Shown: positions 38,173 through 49,340 of the stretch, piece after piece
How the letters are laid out: every line of letters starts with the position of its first letter
Position numbering within the stretch: the first letter of the stretch is position 1
DNA from: a virus
DNA: 64,000 bases
Direction: 5' to 3' (one strand)
IMG/VR virus record: IMGVR_UViG_3300033508_000214
Coordinates: 32,022 to 96,021 of that record
Notes under the pieces: generated by a model
Told to the model about the DNA's origin: nothing
The model's input: the letters and a program-made list of their open reading frames with translations, nothing else
The model's database searches: none
Position numbers and translations under genes: made by a program

Positions 38173-38397
38173 ATGAAAAAAGTATTTAAAACCTATGATG
38201 TAAGTCCCAAAATGGGCACTCCTCGGAATACTACTAAGCCGCCAAGCCTAGTAACACCTGGAGGTTCTACAGCATTAAAAGCTGCTAAAGTATATACAGG
38301 TGATAAAATGATTGGAATTGCGATTATACATAAGTCATGCTTGCAACCAGTCTTTTCTAAAGAAGCAGCAACTGATACAGCACAAATGAGGCGTTAA
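38173..38397 (+). CDS. Hypothetical protein
   Basis: KVYTG..MIGIA..HKS..QPVFS..A.D.A.MRR; promoter immediately upstream. Confidence 0.6.
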   Translation: MKKVFKTYDVSPKMGTPRNTTKPPSLVTPGGSTALKAAKVYTGDKMIGIAIIHKSCLQPVFSKEAATDTAQMRR

Positions 38398-38536
38398 TAT
38401 GACAATTTTTCTAATAAGTTTATTTATAGTGCTAGGACAGCTACTAGCAGGTATGGCCTTATTTATGATGTTAGTACTAATTATTCTAATTCCTATATAC
38501 GCATACGCTTTTCAAAATGTAGACAAAGATTAACTT

Positions 38537-38611
38537 GCAGGTAAGGTGTTTACAGATACACACTAGTCTTCCAAACTTGAATAGTCGGAGCATTACCGAC
38601 TACCTGCTCCA
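38537..38611 (+). tRNA. tRNA-Gly(UCC)
   Basis: GCAGGTA/TACCTGC, U73, loop CTTCCAA. Confidence 0.85.
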
Positions 38612-38619
38612 AATAATCA

Positions 38620-38694
38620 GTTCGAGTAGCTCAGAGGCAGAGCGCTGCTTTTACACGGCAGAAGTCGGGATCTCGGAATTCCCCTTGAACACCA
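38620..38694 (+). tRNA. tRNA-Val(UAC)
   Basis: CTGCT-TTTACAC-GGCAG, CCA. Confidence 0.88.
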
Positions 38695-39065
38695 ATAAAT
38701 AACACATAATATCATGCGCAAAATACTTTTAACAATGGGTACTGGGTACGCAGGTACGAGTACCCACGAAGCCTATTTAGTTCCAGATGATATGCCTGAT
38801 GATGAATTAGATGAATGGGCTTACTGGAAAGCCGTAGAACACGCAGAGTCTTATGGTATTTATCCACCATCTGATGACGATTCTACGAATACCATTGAAG
38901 GGCACTGGCGTCTTTTTGAAGAAAAAGATCGCGTTAAAGTACTTTATGGTGACAATCAAGAAATTGACTGGAACGAGTATTAACGGGAAGTACCCTAGTA
39001 GGGTGATTCAGCGTGTACCTAAAAAGCATGAGAATTAGGTTAGATTCCTAGACTTTCTATCAAAT

Positions 39066-39175
39066 GCGCGTTGTAGGTGAGAAGGGAGGTGGAAACGTCC
39101 CTAAACTATGTATGGTGAAGGCGTCCACCTTGCAGCATCCTCTATCGTGGGTTCGATTCCCACCAGCGTGCTCCA
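39066..39175 (+). ncRNA. tRNA-like RNA with 8-bp acceptor stem, T-arm and CCA
   Basis: GCGCGTTG/CAGCGTGC-T-CCA; GTGGG-TTCGATT-CCCAC; GAGGTGGA/TCCACCTT helix in place of D and anticodon arms. Confidence 0.65.
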
Positions 39176-39180
39176 AGTTA

Positions 39181-39258
39181 GGAACATTAGCATAGTTGGC
39201 CTAATGCGCTACCCTGTCACGGTAGAGACCACCGATTCGACTTCGGTATGTTCCGCCA
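39181..39258 (+). tRNA. tRNA-Asp(GUC)
   Basis: CTACC-CTGTCAC-GGTAG, G73, CCA. Confidence 0.92.
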
Positions 39259-39299
39259 CTATTTCAGCCCGCTTTATGCGGGCATTATTATGATATAAT

Positions 39300-39869
39300 A
39301 TGAGCAATATATTTCTAGCGTCAGATCATCACATTGGACATGAAGCCTTACTAAACTTTAAACGTAATGATGGGATTACACATATTCGTTCATTTGATAA
39401 CGTAAATCATATGAACGAATATATAATTATACAACATAATTCTGTTGTTAAGCCTGCAGATCGCGTATACCTTTTAGGCGATTTTTGCTTTCATAAGCGT
39501 GATCTAGCAATCCTATCTAGGATGAATGGACATAAAGTACTAATTAAAGGTAACCACGATAAACTAGATTTAAAAGACTATCTAGCGTATTTTGATGATA
39601 TAAGAGGATCACACCAACTCGATGGTATGTTACTAACACATATTCCAGTACACCCTAATAGTTTAGGAAAATGGCATGTAAATATTCATGGGCATCTACA
39701 TCATAGCATAGTTACTAAAGAAGTATATACCTATGGTGCCAATGAGTTACTAGTAGCACCAGACCATAGGTATTTCAATGTATCAATGGAGTGCTTAGAT
39801 AAGTATACTCCTATCAGTTTAGAAGAGCTAAAGAAAGAACATAAATTTAGACTTGATCATGATTTCTAA
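39300..39869 (+). CDS. Calcineurin-like phosphoesterase
   Basis: SDHHIGH, LGD, GNHD, THIP, HGHLH. Confidence 0.88.
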   Translation: MSNIFLASDHHIGHEALLNFKRNDGITHIRSFDNVNHMNEYIIIQHNSVVKPADRVYLLGDFCFHKRDLAILSRMNGHKVLIKGNHDKLDLKDYLAYFDDIRGSHQLDGMLLTHIPVHPNSLGKWHVNIHGHLHHSIVTKEVYTYGANELLVAPDHRYFNVSMECLDKYTPISLEELKKEHKFRLDHDF

Positions 39870-39908
39870 ATTTGTTATAATTATTACTTAAACAACAACG
39901 TAACCATT

Positions 39909-40292
39909 ATGGAAAACAAACAGAAATTTGCTGAACAAAAAGCGGAACTTAAACAAACTGCTGATGAGCTTCGTGCCCGATATATTAAGATCGCTAAAGA
40001 TCAAGGTATTGGAATTGTTCATATTCACTATGACGGCATTAAGGGCGGCATGACTATTGCATTTAGAAAAGCTTCGCCATATAAGCATGGTGTTATGGTG
40101 GATGTAGCCGTTAGTGTATGTTCTACAAAGGATACTTTTAGTTGTAAACGGGGTACTTTTGGCGCTATTCATAAGTTCTTAAATGGTGAGACTATTCAGC
40201 TTCCTTTGCTAGCGGGCTCTTACGGTGATACTAGCGACTTGAATTGGACTGTTAAACAAGCATTTACATCTATGTATAACATCGCTACCTAA
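39909..40292 (+). CDS. Hypothetical protein
   Basis: GG.TIA..VCS.KD.F....G. Confidence 0.6.
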   Translation: MENKQKFAEQKAELKQTADELRARYIKIAKDQGIGIVHIHYDGIKGGMTIAFRKASPYKHGVMVDVAVSVCSTKDTFSCKRGTFGAIHKFLNGETIQLPLLAGSYGDTSDLNWTVKQAFTSMYNIAT

Positions 40293-40306
40293 TAAATAAC
40301 AAGTAG

Positions 40307-40381
40307 GGGAAGGTAGTATAATGGATGTACTGAGAACTCATAATTCTTAAGGTGTCGGATCGTGACCGACTCTTCCCACCA
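40307..40381 (+). tRNA. tRNA(CAU), Ile2 or Met
   Basis: GAGAA-CTCATAA-TTCTT, CCA. Confidence 0.8.
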
Positions 40382-40939
40382 CTGTTAATACCTAATTTAA
40401 CCCAAGAAAGAAACTAATGAAACTAATGAAACTAATGAAATTCCTTATTTGTCCAGCCACTGACGACATGATTAACGCTACTGAAGAAGGCGAGCTTTTT
40501 ACCGGAAAGGACGGTAATGAGTATATGTACGAGATTGAGTTCGACGGTGATACAGTTTTGATTACAGATACTATTGGTCGGAATGTACCTTTTGATGTCA
40601 CTGATATTGATAAGCTAATGTTTATTCTTAATAGGATTAATAACTATGTTAAGAGCACTACAACACTTAACCAATTCCTCTATGATAAGCTGGTCGAAGG
40701 TGCCACCGAGTAATCCACTATCTAAGATTTTAGGTAGGATTCCTTTCTCTGAAACTCTGATTGATCCTATTCTACTAGATGACATACAAATGACACTACT
40801 AGATTGCGGATATAGAAATATACCCAATAGCATAGTAATGTTGTTACTATTAGATATGGCAAAAGCAGAGTTAGTAACTCTGGAACAGTTCACCTGGCCT
40901 AGTACATTGGGAAAAGCCTTTATTATTAAAGAAACATAG

Positions 40940-41326
40940 ATGGCAAATAAATCACGTAGTAAAGCGGCTGAAGGATACGCAGCAGCTTATAAAACTTCTA
41001 ATCGCTGGGAATCTAATCGTAAGCGTAAACTAGAACGTACTCTAAAGGAGCAGCCTAACAATGAACAGGTAAAGACTGCCCTAAAGTCAGGTCTTGTTTA
41101 TCGTCGTAAGACTCCAGCTACACGAGTATGGTCTGCTAGTTGGATTCGTACTGCTAAAATTATCAAAATGTTTGCAGGTAAGTTTGATAAGAACATTATG
41201 TCTTCAAATGAAAAAACTGCTAATGAAGCACTACGATTTTCTAGGACTAATTACGATTACAAAGCCCCTGTAATGCCAAAGAGTATGTTTAGTCTAGCGA
41301 CTAGGGCTACTAGCCTATGGAGCTAA
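40940..41326 (+). CDS. Basic hypothetical protein
   Basis: 128-aa ORF. Confidence 0.6.
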   Translation: MANKSRSKAAEGYAAAYKTSNRWESNRKRKLERTLKEQPNNEQVKTALKSGLVYRRKTPATRVWSASWIRTAKIIKMFAGKFDKNIMSSNEKTANEALRFSRTNYDYKAPVMPKSMFSLATRATSLWS

Positions 41327-41641
41327 GCAGTATTACATTATATGTACTATTTGCTGTAACTACATCACTTACCTCGTTATATGAGCTAGTAGCTCCGATA
41401 GTGTCTAAAAGGGCTAAAAGTGGCAAAAGTATTTTACCACTATATTATATATACCCTATATTTTTTATACTAAATCTATTAGTTGCTCCTTTGATATTTT
41501 TTAGCTGTATAATCCCGTCATGGGGAGAAAGATTTAGATCTACCTTATACTCCTCACTATATGACGAGGTCTAAAATTTTAGACTTGATTTAGTAATCAA
41601 AACGCTGTATAATTATTACTTAAACACACAAAGACCACACT

Positions 41642-41914
41642 ATGAACATTATAGATTTTAAATATACTAAAAAAGACGGTTCCGTTTCCAAACGGGTTCT
41701 TTCTCCCACTAAAGTTCCCTGTACTATGTATGAAGGAACCGACCTTAGTGAAATTAGCATCGAAGATCAAATCCTGTATGTTCAAGAACTCGGTCGTTTA
41801 AAAGATGAGTTTGCAGCTAAGATTATGGAGCTGAACAGCAAGTACGACGTAAACAACAAGTATCGTCGCTTCGACCCTAAGTTGATGACTGAAGTAATCG
41901 AAGAACACGTTTAA
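41642..41914 (+). CDS. Hypothetical protein
   Basis: FKYTKKDGS..R; YRRF. Confidence 0.6.
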   Translation: MNIIDFKYTKKDGSVSKRVLSPTKVPCTMYEGTDLSEISIEDQILYVQELGRLKDEFAAKIMELNSKYDVNNKYRRFDPKLMTEVIEEHV

Positions 41915-41925
41915 TTAAGTAACTA

Positions 41926-41999
41926 GCTTTGCTCGTATAACGGTATTACTCCGCACTTGTAATGCGGTTATTGGGGTTCGACTCCTCAGCTTAGCACCA
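41926..41999 (+). tRNA. tRNA-Thr(UGU)
   Basis: CCGCA-CTTGTAA-TGCGG, CCA. Confidence 0.88.
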
Positions 42000-42025
42000 C
42001 ACCTTTAACAACTGAAAGATAATAT

Positions 42026-42379
42026 ATGGCATGGACAGAAGAAACAAAGCAACAAGCAATTGACACTTACTTGGCGGGTAAACCTACAGTGGATAATTCC
42101 ACTGAACTTGTAAAAGAAATTGCTGAAGATATGGAAGTTTCTGCTAATGGTGTACGGCAAGTGCTAGTACAGGCAGGAGTTTACGTAAAGAAAGATTCTG
42201 CTAAAACAACTGCTACTAAAGCAGGCGCTACTAGCGACAAAGCACCGCGAGTATCTAAAGAATCTCAAATCGCTGAACTCAAGGCTCTAATTGAAGCTAA
42301 GGGTCAAGAGGTTGAAGATGAAATACTGGATAAACTTACAGGTAAGGCAGCAACTTACCTCGTTAAGGTATTTTCCTAA
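42026..42379 (+). CDS. D3: T5 D3-like DNA-binding protein
   Basis: WTEE..EIAE...NGVR..L..AGVY.KK..ILDKLTGKAA. Confidence 0.8.
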   Translation: MAWTEETKQQAIDTYLAGKPTVDNSTELVKEIAEDMEVSANGVRQVLVQAGVYVKKDSAKTTATKAGATSDKAPRVSKESQIAELKALIEAKGQEVEDEILDKLTGKAATYLVKVFS

Positions 42380-42653
42380 TAACAGGCAGCCATAGTGCTG
42401 CCTTTTTAATGAATTAAAATATGATATATTGTAAAGACTGTTCCTTTTTCAGACCCCCTACAACTGATCCTTCTGGGATTGCTAAGTGTAACCACCCTTC
42501 AGCTATATGCGATTTAGACTGCGTATGGGGTTATGATGTTTTTTATAGCGCTAAGGCTATGCGAGAATCTACTAAAGCTTGTGGGCTTGAAGCTAAGTGG
42601 TTCAAGCCATTAGCCGAATAATTTTTATCCTGCGCCAACCACCAACAAAATAT

Positions 42654-42908
42654 ATGCTATTAACAGTTTATTCCCAGCCAGGCTGTAGTGCCTGCGAAAC
42701 AGCTAAAAAGCTTATCCTAGAAAAAGGTCATACGTATCAAGAACTAATTCTTAATGTAGGACAGAAGCAAATAGAGGGTAAAACGTATGTTCCAGTTCAA
42801 TCCCTAAAAGATCGGTATCCTGGAGTTAAAAGTGTACCAGCAATTTTTGAAGGTAAAACATTTATTGGCGACCTAGATAGGCTAAAGAAATGGCTAAGAT
42901 ACGATTAA
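42654..42908 (+). CDS. Glutaredoxin-like protein
   Basis: VYSQPGCSAC, SVPAIF, FIG. Confidence 0.85.
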   Translation: MLLTVYSQPGCSACETAKKLILEKGHTYQELILNVGQKQIEGKTYVPVQSLKDRYPGVKSVPAIFEGKTFIGDLDRLKKWLRYD

Positions 42909-43325
42909 ACTGGCTTGAATTTTGCTTAGTTTAGTGTTATAATTATTCTTTAAACGGAAATAGCAATGCTAGAACTAGGGTCTTATAAATCTTTGCCTCA
43001 TTATGCTGTTATTGGGCAGCCACAAGAATTTTATGTATACTGTACAACTGCTAATAAAAATATTAACTCTTATTGGAGTGGATGGATTCGTGGAGATATT
43101 AATCTATACCATAAACTAAAAGCCATTAAATCTAAAAAGGAATTTATGCACAAAGCAGGCTCTCTTGTTACAGAAAGGTATTAATGAATTCAATTTTTAA
43201 AAGTGTGGACGGTAAGTGGTACTTTTGGGACGAAACAGAAACATACGACTACGGCCCCTATGATACAGAAACAGAGGCAATGGCTGCTTTGTATGAGTAT
43301 TGTAAACAACTATTGAGTAACTAAA

Positions 43326-43943
43326 ATGGCAACAAGACGCGCAAAAAATGAAGACGAACGCTTAGACGACGCTCATATGGAGCGCGTTATTGAAATGCTA
43401 GAACCTAAAGAGGGCAAACCGTGTACAAAGAAGGATGCTTGCCAAGTACTGGGTATTGCTTATAATACTACTAGGCTTGCTTCTCTTATTGAAAAGTACA
43501 AAGAGAAGCAAGCTTATGACGCTAAGCGCAGAAGTGAGCTACGTGGTAAACCTGCTACACAGGAAGAAATTAACTTTATTATTCAAGAATACCTAGAAGG
43601 AACTACTGTAGATGCTATCAGTAAATCAACATTTAGAGGATCTTCGTTTATCAAAACAATACTCGAACGATTCGCTGTCCCGATACGAGCATCATCTCAG
43701 GATTATTTTAAACCCGAACTTATCCCTGAGGGAGCTGTTCGTGATAGGTTCGCAATTGGAGAAGTTGTCTATTCCGCACGATATGATTCGATTGCTAGAA
43801 TTGATAGTGAGTCAGAAGATTCACGGTATGGATTCGTTTACCGAATCTGGCTACTAGCAGATAAATGGCGTATGAACGCGTATCAAGAAGCTTATGAGCT
43901 TGCTAGCCTACAACATCTTAGAGATATGGGAGTACGAATTTGA
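43326..43943 (+). CDS. D2: T5 D2-like protein
   Basis: VIEMLE..TKKDACQVLG. Confidence 0.8.
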   Translation: MATRRAKNEDERLDDAHMERVIEMLEPKEGKPCTKKDACQVLGIAYNTTRLASLIEKYKEKQAYDAKRRSELRGKPATQEEINFIIQEYLEGTTVDAISKSTFRGSSFIKTILERFAVPIRASSQDYFKPELIPEGAVRDRFAIGEVVYSARYDSIARIDSESEDSRYGFVYRIWLLADKWRMNAYQEAYELASLQHLRDMGVRI

Positions 43944-44702
43944 CTAATAAAACATTAGTATCAGAACTTGAGTATCTATTAGATATTAATTTAATAGATA
44001 CTCCCGAAGTATACTATTTAGTACTTAGGTCTATTAAACAGATTCGCTCAGACGAAAAAGAGCTGCTAAAGCTTCGTAAGAAAATAACTGATACTGCGTG
44101 GAAAGATTCACTTAGTATGGGTACGTATTAACATTCTGGAATAAGAATATGACCACTGATACAGTTGGAGTTTGGCACGCACTAGAAATGACTTGTGCGG
44201 CGCAAGACTATCCTTACGAACAATATATTGACATTCACTCAAAGTCAGGGATATCTAGTAAGCCTCTATCTTGTACTGGATATACCCTAATAGGAAATTT
44301 GTTTGATGTAGAGTATATGCAATATATGCTAGATAAAGGATCAAATGACTGATGTTCAATTTAAAGATTTAATGGATCTTTTAGCCTTATTTGGCCTTTT
44401 TCTATTTGCGGGAGCTGTGTGGATACTAGCATTAAAGCAATTAAAATAACTCATGTAGCTGTAAAGACTCCAAAAGAGATTTGGAGTTTGCCTAGGTCAA
44501 ATAGACACCAAGATGTACTAAGATTAATGAGTCGTTTTGGTGTACGTGATTATGGCAAGGAAACAGAAGGATTTGTTGATGAGAACGGCAAATTCTTAAA
44601 TAGGCGCGAAGCATTTACCCTAGCGTGCGCTACTGGACAACTTAATAGGTTTAATCACCCACCTAACCATTATAACGGGGATGAGCTATACTCGGAGGAT
44701 TT

Positions 44703-45005
44703 ATGGTAGAAGAACCAGAGCTTTATGAGAAAATTATTTATCAAAACGATGATAAAGCATACCAATTACGGCTAGTAGTTAATGAGTTCAAAGGGACGCA
44801 ATATCTGCATTTAAGGAAATACTTCATGTCATACGAGGGAGAATACTTGCCCACCAAAGAAGGCGTTAGTATGGAAGCAGGTATTTCTAATATATACGCT
44901 TTGCTTGACGGATTGTTAGAAATCGTATCGAAAGAAGAAGCCATTGAAGCGATTAATACTTATTTTAGTAACAAAGTAATAGATTTGCGCAAAAGCTTAA
45001 TTTAA
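44703..45005 (+). CDS. PC4-like ssDNA-binding protein
   Basis: RLVVNEFKG..YLHLRKYF..PTKEGVS; T5 synteny before the ligase. Confidence 0.8.
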   Translation: MVEEPELYEKIIYQNDDKAYQLRLVVNEFKGTQYLHLRKYFMSYEGEYLPTKEGVSMEAGISNIYALLDGLLEIVSKEEAIEAINTYFSNKVIDLRKSLI

Positions 45006-45020
45006 TCTATAATAGATACT

Positions 45021-45971
45021 ATGACAAACAAACTACGAAATTATTTAGATGAAGCAAGTATTAAATACTATATGGGCGAGCCTATTATCACGGATGAGGA
45101 ATTTGATCTGCTTTCTGAGTCTGCTGGGTACGCCGAGGTCGGGTCGAAGCAGCATGATAACGTATGCAAACACATATTTCCCATGTGGAGTCTCCAAAAG
45201 TACTACGAAGGAGAACAAAAGTTCCCGCTCGAAGGATATGACTGTATTCCGAGTCTTAAACTAGATGGTGCAGCTATTTCCATTTTATACCTAGATGGAA
45301 AGTTAACACAGGTACTGACCCGAGGTGATGGAATAGAAGGAAGGGATATTACTTCTAGGTTTATTGCTAGAAAAGACCTAGTACCGCTAGAGATTGAATC
45401 TACAGGCGTACTACAAGTAACTGGTGAGATCGTAGCTCCTAAGCATATTGAGAATAGCCGTAATTACACAGCAGGTGCACTTAATCTAAAAGATGATAGT
45501 GAGTTCTGTTTGCGGGCTATCAGTTTCTTTGCATATGGTATTCAGCCATACCAAACAGACACATATCGGGGGGATATGCAATATATAGAGTCCCTAGGTT
45601 TTGAAACTGTCTGTATCCCAGAACTCAATGAAATCTATGAATGTGATGGACTCGTGCATCGAGTAAATAGCAATAAAGTATTTCAAGAACTTGGCTATAC
45701 GGCTAAGTTTCCTAGAGGTGCTGTTGCTATTAAAGTTCGTAAAGAAGCAGTAGAGACAGAGTTACTTGATGTAGAGTGGAATACTGGGCGCACCGGTAAA
45801 GTCACACCTACCGCTATACTTAAACCGGTTTACATTGGCGATAAGCTAGTTTCTAGAGCTACATTAAATAACCCTAAGTATATTGAAATGCTTGATCTCC
45901 ATATTGGATGTACTGTAGCTGTAATAATGGGGGGTGAGGTGATACCTAGGGTTCTTTATAAAGTTGACTAG
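45021..45971 (+). CDS. ligA: NAD-dependent DNA ligase, subunit A
   Basis: YY.GEP.I.D.EFD, KLDG, TRGDG, VEWNTGRTG, ATLNN. Confidence 0.93.
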   Translation: MTNKLRNYLDEASIKYYMGEPIITDEEFDLLSESAGYAEVGSKQHDNVCKHIFPMWSLQKYYEGEQKFPLEGYDCIPSLKLDGAAISILYLDGKLTQVLTRGDGIEGRDITSRFIARKDLVPLEIESTGVLQVTGEIVAPKHIENSRNYTAGALNLKDDSEFCLRAISFFAYGIQPYQTDTYRGDMQYIESLGFETVCIPELNEIYECDGLVHRVNSNKVFQELGYTAKFPRGAVAIKVRKEAVETELLDVEWNTGRTGKVTPTAILKPVYIGDKLVSRATLNNPKYIEMLDLHIGCTVAVIMGGEVIPRVLYKVD

Positions 45972-46048
45972 AATATGAGGGTAGTAGAAATTTGAACTTG
46001 AATCTTTTTTGCTAAAAAGGTATAATAGTAGTATTAGGAGATACTACT

Positions 46049-46900
46049 ATGAATATTTATAAAATTATGTTTTCTGATGGGAGTATTTACGTAGGAAAAA
46101 CAATTAAACCTATAAATATTAGATTTAATCAACATATGTATTTACTACGCAATAATGCCCATCATAGTTATAAGATGCAAGCAAAATTTATAGAATTAAA
46201 TTTTGTTATACCTACTATAACCTTATTAGAAGATATATCTAATGATATATCTTCTAATATAGAAAAGATGTGGATAGCTAAGTTTAATTCATTTAATAAT
46301 GGGTTAAATTGCTCAATAGGTGGAGAGGGAGAGTGTGGAGAGGCACATCCTTCTGCTAAATACTATCTTGAAGATTATACTGCCATATTATTTATATTAG
46401 CTACCACAGAGTGGTCATTAAAAAGTATATCAATAGAACTAGATGTATCTTATAGCACTGTATGTAGTATAAGCGCTGGTAATTCACACCAATACTTACA
46501 GAACCTTTATCCAAAAGAATATCAGTTAATGCTGGATAAAAAGGGTACAAGGTTAGTAACTTCGCAAAGGGATAAAGAATACCCTGAAATCGTTTCTCCA
46601 ACTGGAGAAGTATTTATTATTAAAAATGCTAGTAAATTTGCTAAAGATAATAATTTGTTAGATAGTGAGTTATCAAATCTTCTAAACTATAAAAGTAAAA
46701 TACATAGGGGCTGGCATCTTCTAAGTCAAGAATTTCCAAAAGTATTAAACCCTTCTGGTGATGAATACATTATATACACAGGAAAAGCCAAGGAATTTGC
46801 CTTATCAGTTGGATTAGATCCAAGCAATTTTACAAAACTTCTCAGGGGTGCAAGTAAATCCTGTAAGGGTTGGAAGTTATTAGAAGCATCAAAAAAATGA
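46049..46900 (+). CDS. GIY-YIG homing endonuclease between the ligase halves
   Basis: NIY..YVG..R..H; duplicated SPxGE..KFA..L..LL..GW C-terminal module. Confidence 0.82.
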   Translation: MNIYKIMFSDGSIYVGKTIKPINIRFNQHMYLLRNNAHHSYKMQAKFIELNFVIPTITLLEDISNDISSNIEKMWIAKFNSFNNGLNCSIGGEGECGEAHPSAKYYLEDYTAILFILATTEWSLKSISIELDVSYSTVCSISAGNSHQYLQNLYPKEYQLMLDKKGTRLVTSQRDKEYPEIVSPTGEVFIIKNASKFAKDNNLLDSELSNLLNYKSKIHRGWHLLSQEFPKVLNPSGDEYIIYTGKAKEFALSVGLDPSNFTKLLRGASKSCKGWKLLEASKK

Positions 46901-46953
46901 ACTTGCAAAGGCTATCCTTTTGAGCTATAATAGATACATAAAGAAACAAAACT

Positions 46954-47703
46954 ATGCAAGATATACACATACCAACTAACTGCCCAGCGTGTAACTCAAC
47001 CTTAGTATGGATCAACGATCAATTATTTTGTAGAAATATATCGTGTGATGCTAGATTAAACAAACAGATTGAACACTTTGCTAAAACTCTTAGTATTAAG
47101 GGTTTAGGTAAAGTCACAATTGAAAAATTAAATTTAGCTGATTTAACCGAGATTTTTTACTTAGACTTTGATACTGTAAAAGCCTCTTTAGGTGAAAAAA
47201 TCGCTGTAAAGTTACTAGACGAGATAGAGAGGGCTAAAGCATCTACATTAGATAATGTAGTTGCATCTTTTTCTATACCATTAGTTGGTATTACAGTAGG
47301 TAAAAAACTTGCTGCAGTAGTTAGTAATTTAGACGAAATAAATAAAGAAGCCTGTTTACAGGCCAAATTAGGGGCTAAGGTAACAGAGAATCTACTAAAC
47401 TGGATTCAAACAGATTACCAAGAAATGAAAGAATTTTTACCCTTTACTTTTGACGGTAAGGTACAGATTACAGATACAAATGCAAAAAAGGTTTGTATCA
47501 CAGGTAAGTTAAAGTCCTATAAAAAGAAATCCGACGCTGAGGGGGCGCTCTCAGCCGCAGGATATACTCTAGTAGATTCAGTTACTAAAACGACTGATTA
47601 TCTAGTAGACGAAGAAGGCAAAGGTTCTAGTAAACGCGATAAAGCCGTACAATACGGTGTCACTATAATAACCGATCTAAATGATCTTTTAAAGGTAAAT
47701 TAA
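46954..47703 (+). CDS. ligB: NAD-dependent DNA ligase, subunit B (zinc finger, HhH, BRCT)
   Basis: CPAC..C....C, IKGLG, VCITGKL..SVTKTTDYLV. Confidence 0.92.
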   Translation: MQDIHIPTNCPACNSTLVWINDQLFCRNISCDARLNKQIEHFAKTLSIKGLGKVTIEKLNLADLTEIFYLDFDTVKASLGEKIAVKLLDEIERAKASTLDNVVASFSIPLVGITVGKKLAAVVSNLDEINKEACLQAKLGAKVTENLLNWIQTDYQEMKEFLPFTFDGKVQITDTNAKKVCITGKLKSYKKKSDAEGALSAAGYTLVDSVTKTTDYLVDEEGKGSSKRDKAVQYGVTIITDLNDLLKVN

Positions 47704-47707
47704 ACAT

Positions 47708-48448
47708 ATGTCAGAAACTAAAAAAGCAAAATGGAATGACGAAGCAGTTGCACAACTCTTGTCTATCGTAGGTAGCGCAAGCCCTGTAACAGTTGCCCTA
47801 GTTGAACAAGCAGCAGAGGCTCTTGGTACTTCTACTCGTTCTATTGCTTCTAAGCTGCGTCAGCTTGACCACGAAGTAGCAAGCATGGCCGTAGCTAAAG
47901 TTGCAACATTCAGTGATGAACAAACAGATGCTCTAGCAGCTTTTGTTAATAATCACGCAGGCCAGTTCACTTATAAGGAAATTGCCGAACAATTTCCAGG
48001 TGAGTTCAGTGCCAAGCAAGTGCAAGGTAAGTTGCTAGCTATTGAACTCACTAGTAAGGTTCGTCCTGCTGATAAGTTGGAAGTAGCCACTAAGTATAAT
48101 GAAGCTGAAGAAGCTACATTTATTAGTATGGCGCAAGCAGGTAGCTTTATCGAAGAAATTGCTGCGGCTCTTGGTAAGACTATTGCTAGCGTTCGTGGTA
48201 AAGCATTGAGCCTGTCACGCAAGACTATTATTGATAAGATTCCTGCACAAAAGGAAAGCCATGCTAAAAATGCGGTCGATCCAGTAGATGCACTTGGTGA
48301 TGCAATGGCTGCTATGACTGTAGCAGAGATTGCAGCAGCAGTTAATAAAACTGAGAGGGGAGTTAAAACTCTTCTGACTCGTCGTGGTATTAACGTAGCA
48401 GATTACAAAGGCGCTGAGAAAAAAGCTAAGGCCGAAGCCAAAGCGTAA
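47708..48448 (+). CDS. D5: T5 D5 DNA-binding protein
   Basis: RSIASKLR, SVRGKALSL, KTERGVKT.LTRRG. Confidence 0.88.
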   Translation: MSETKKAKWNDEAVAQLLSIVGSASPVTVALVEQAAEALGTSTRSIASKLRQLDHEVASMAVAKVATFSDEQTDALAAFVNNHAGQFTYKEIAEQFPGEFSAKQVQGKLLAIELTSKVRPADKLEVATKYNEAEEATFISMAQAGSFIEEIAAALGKTIASVRGKALSLSRKTIIDKIPAQKESHAKNAVDPVDALGDAMAAMTVAEIAAAVNKTERGVKTLLTRRGINVADYKGAEKKAKAEAKA

Positions 48449-49340
48449 TTCTAAATAAGAATTAAAATAAAATAAAATAGAATTATAGGCCGGTAGTTAG
48501 AATATAGCTACCGGCCTTTTCCATTGGAGTAAAAATGTATAATAAAAGAGATTGGCTAAATGGCGAGTCTAGTGCTTCCACAGGACCCGTTGTTGCGTAT
48601 CATGGCCCTAGTCCTTGGGATTCTAAAAAGAAATCCACGACATCATTTTTTGAAGTATCCGACTGTCGTAACTCCTGTAGACTCCATAAAATGGAGTCTC
48701 ATTCAATGAAGGAATATATTATAAAAATCAGGAAGCTACAAAAAGCTGCAAAAAATTATGCTAATTACTTAGAAAGTAAAGTTAAAAATAATGAGTAATT
48801 TTGATTCAGTATGGACTAAGTGTCCTGTTTGTTCACAGGAAGTAGAGTTTCAATCTAAGGCAGGTTCTTGTGAGTTGCATAGTTATAGGACATCTTCGGT
48901 TCCAGAAGTAATTGCTTTAGATTTAGATTCTGTAGCAAGTACGTGTTCTAACTGTAAAACACATCTAATACTACATCATAATGAGTGTCCTAGAAACATT
49001 CGTATGACAGTATCTATCTTAGATACAGAGAAAGCCAACTTTTGAAAGTAACTATAACTTATAACGATGATTCTGCTTTCACGGTAGAAGAGCTTGTTAA
49101 GCAGGCAACTAATAACTATGGTAAGCGTGTTAGTGTAGAAGTAACCGCTGACAGCGCCCAGCCCCATGACTTAATATACTTTGCTTTACAAGCAATTATA
49201 ACACATCAACAATTAAGTTTACTGTATGAAGACAAGTTTGGATATTCTTCTAGTATCCAGAAACTCCGCACAGATACTATGTATAAACTAAGTGAGATAC
49301 TAGATACAGTAATTGTTGATAATGAAAGCAAGGTTGCATA

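Noticed and set aside
38985-39062. Possible amber suppressor tRNA (CTA in loop)
   Set aside because: The 9-nt loop, poor D-arm, altered T-loop and TCA end make the anticodon unassignable; at best a decayed tRNA.
45021-47703. Split DNA ligase as a novelty or pseudogene
   Set aside because: A two-gene NAD ligase is the normal T5 arrangement.
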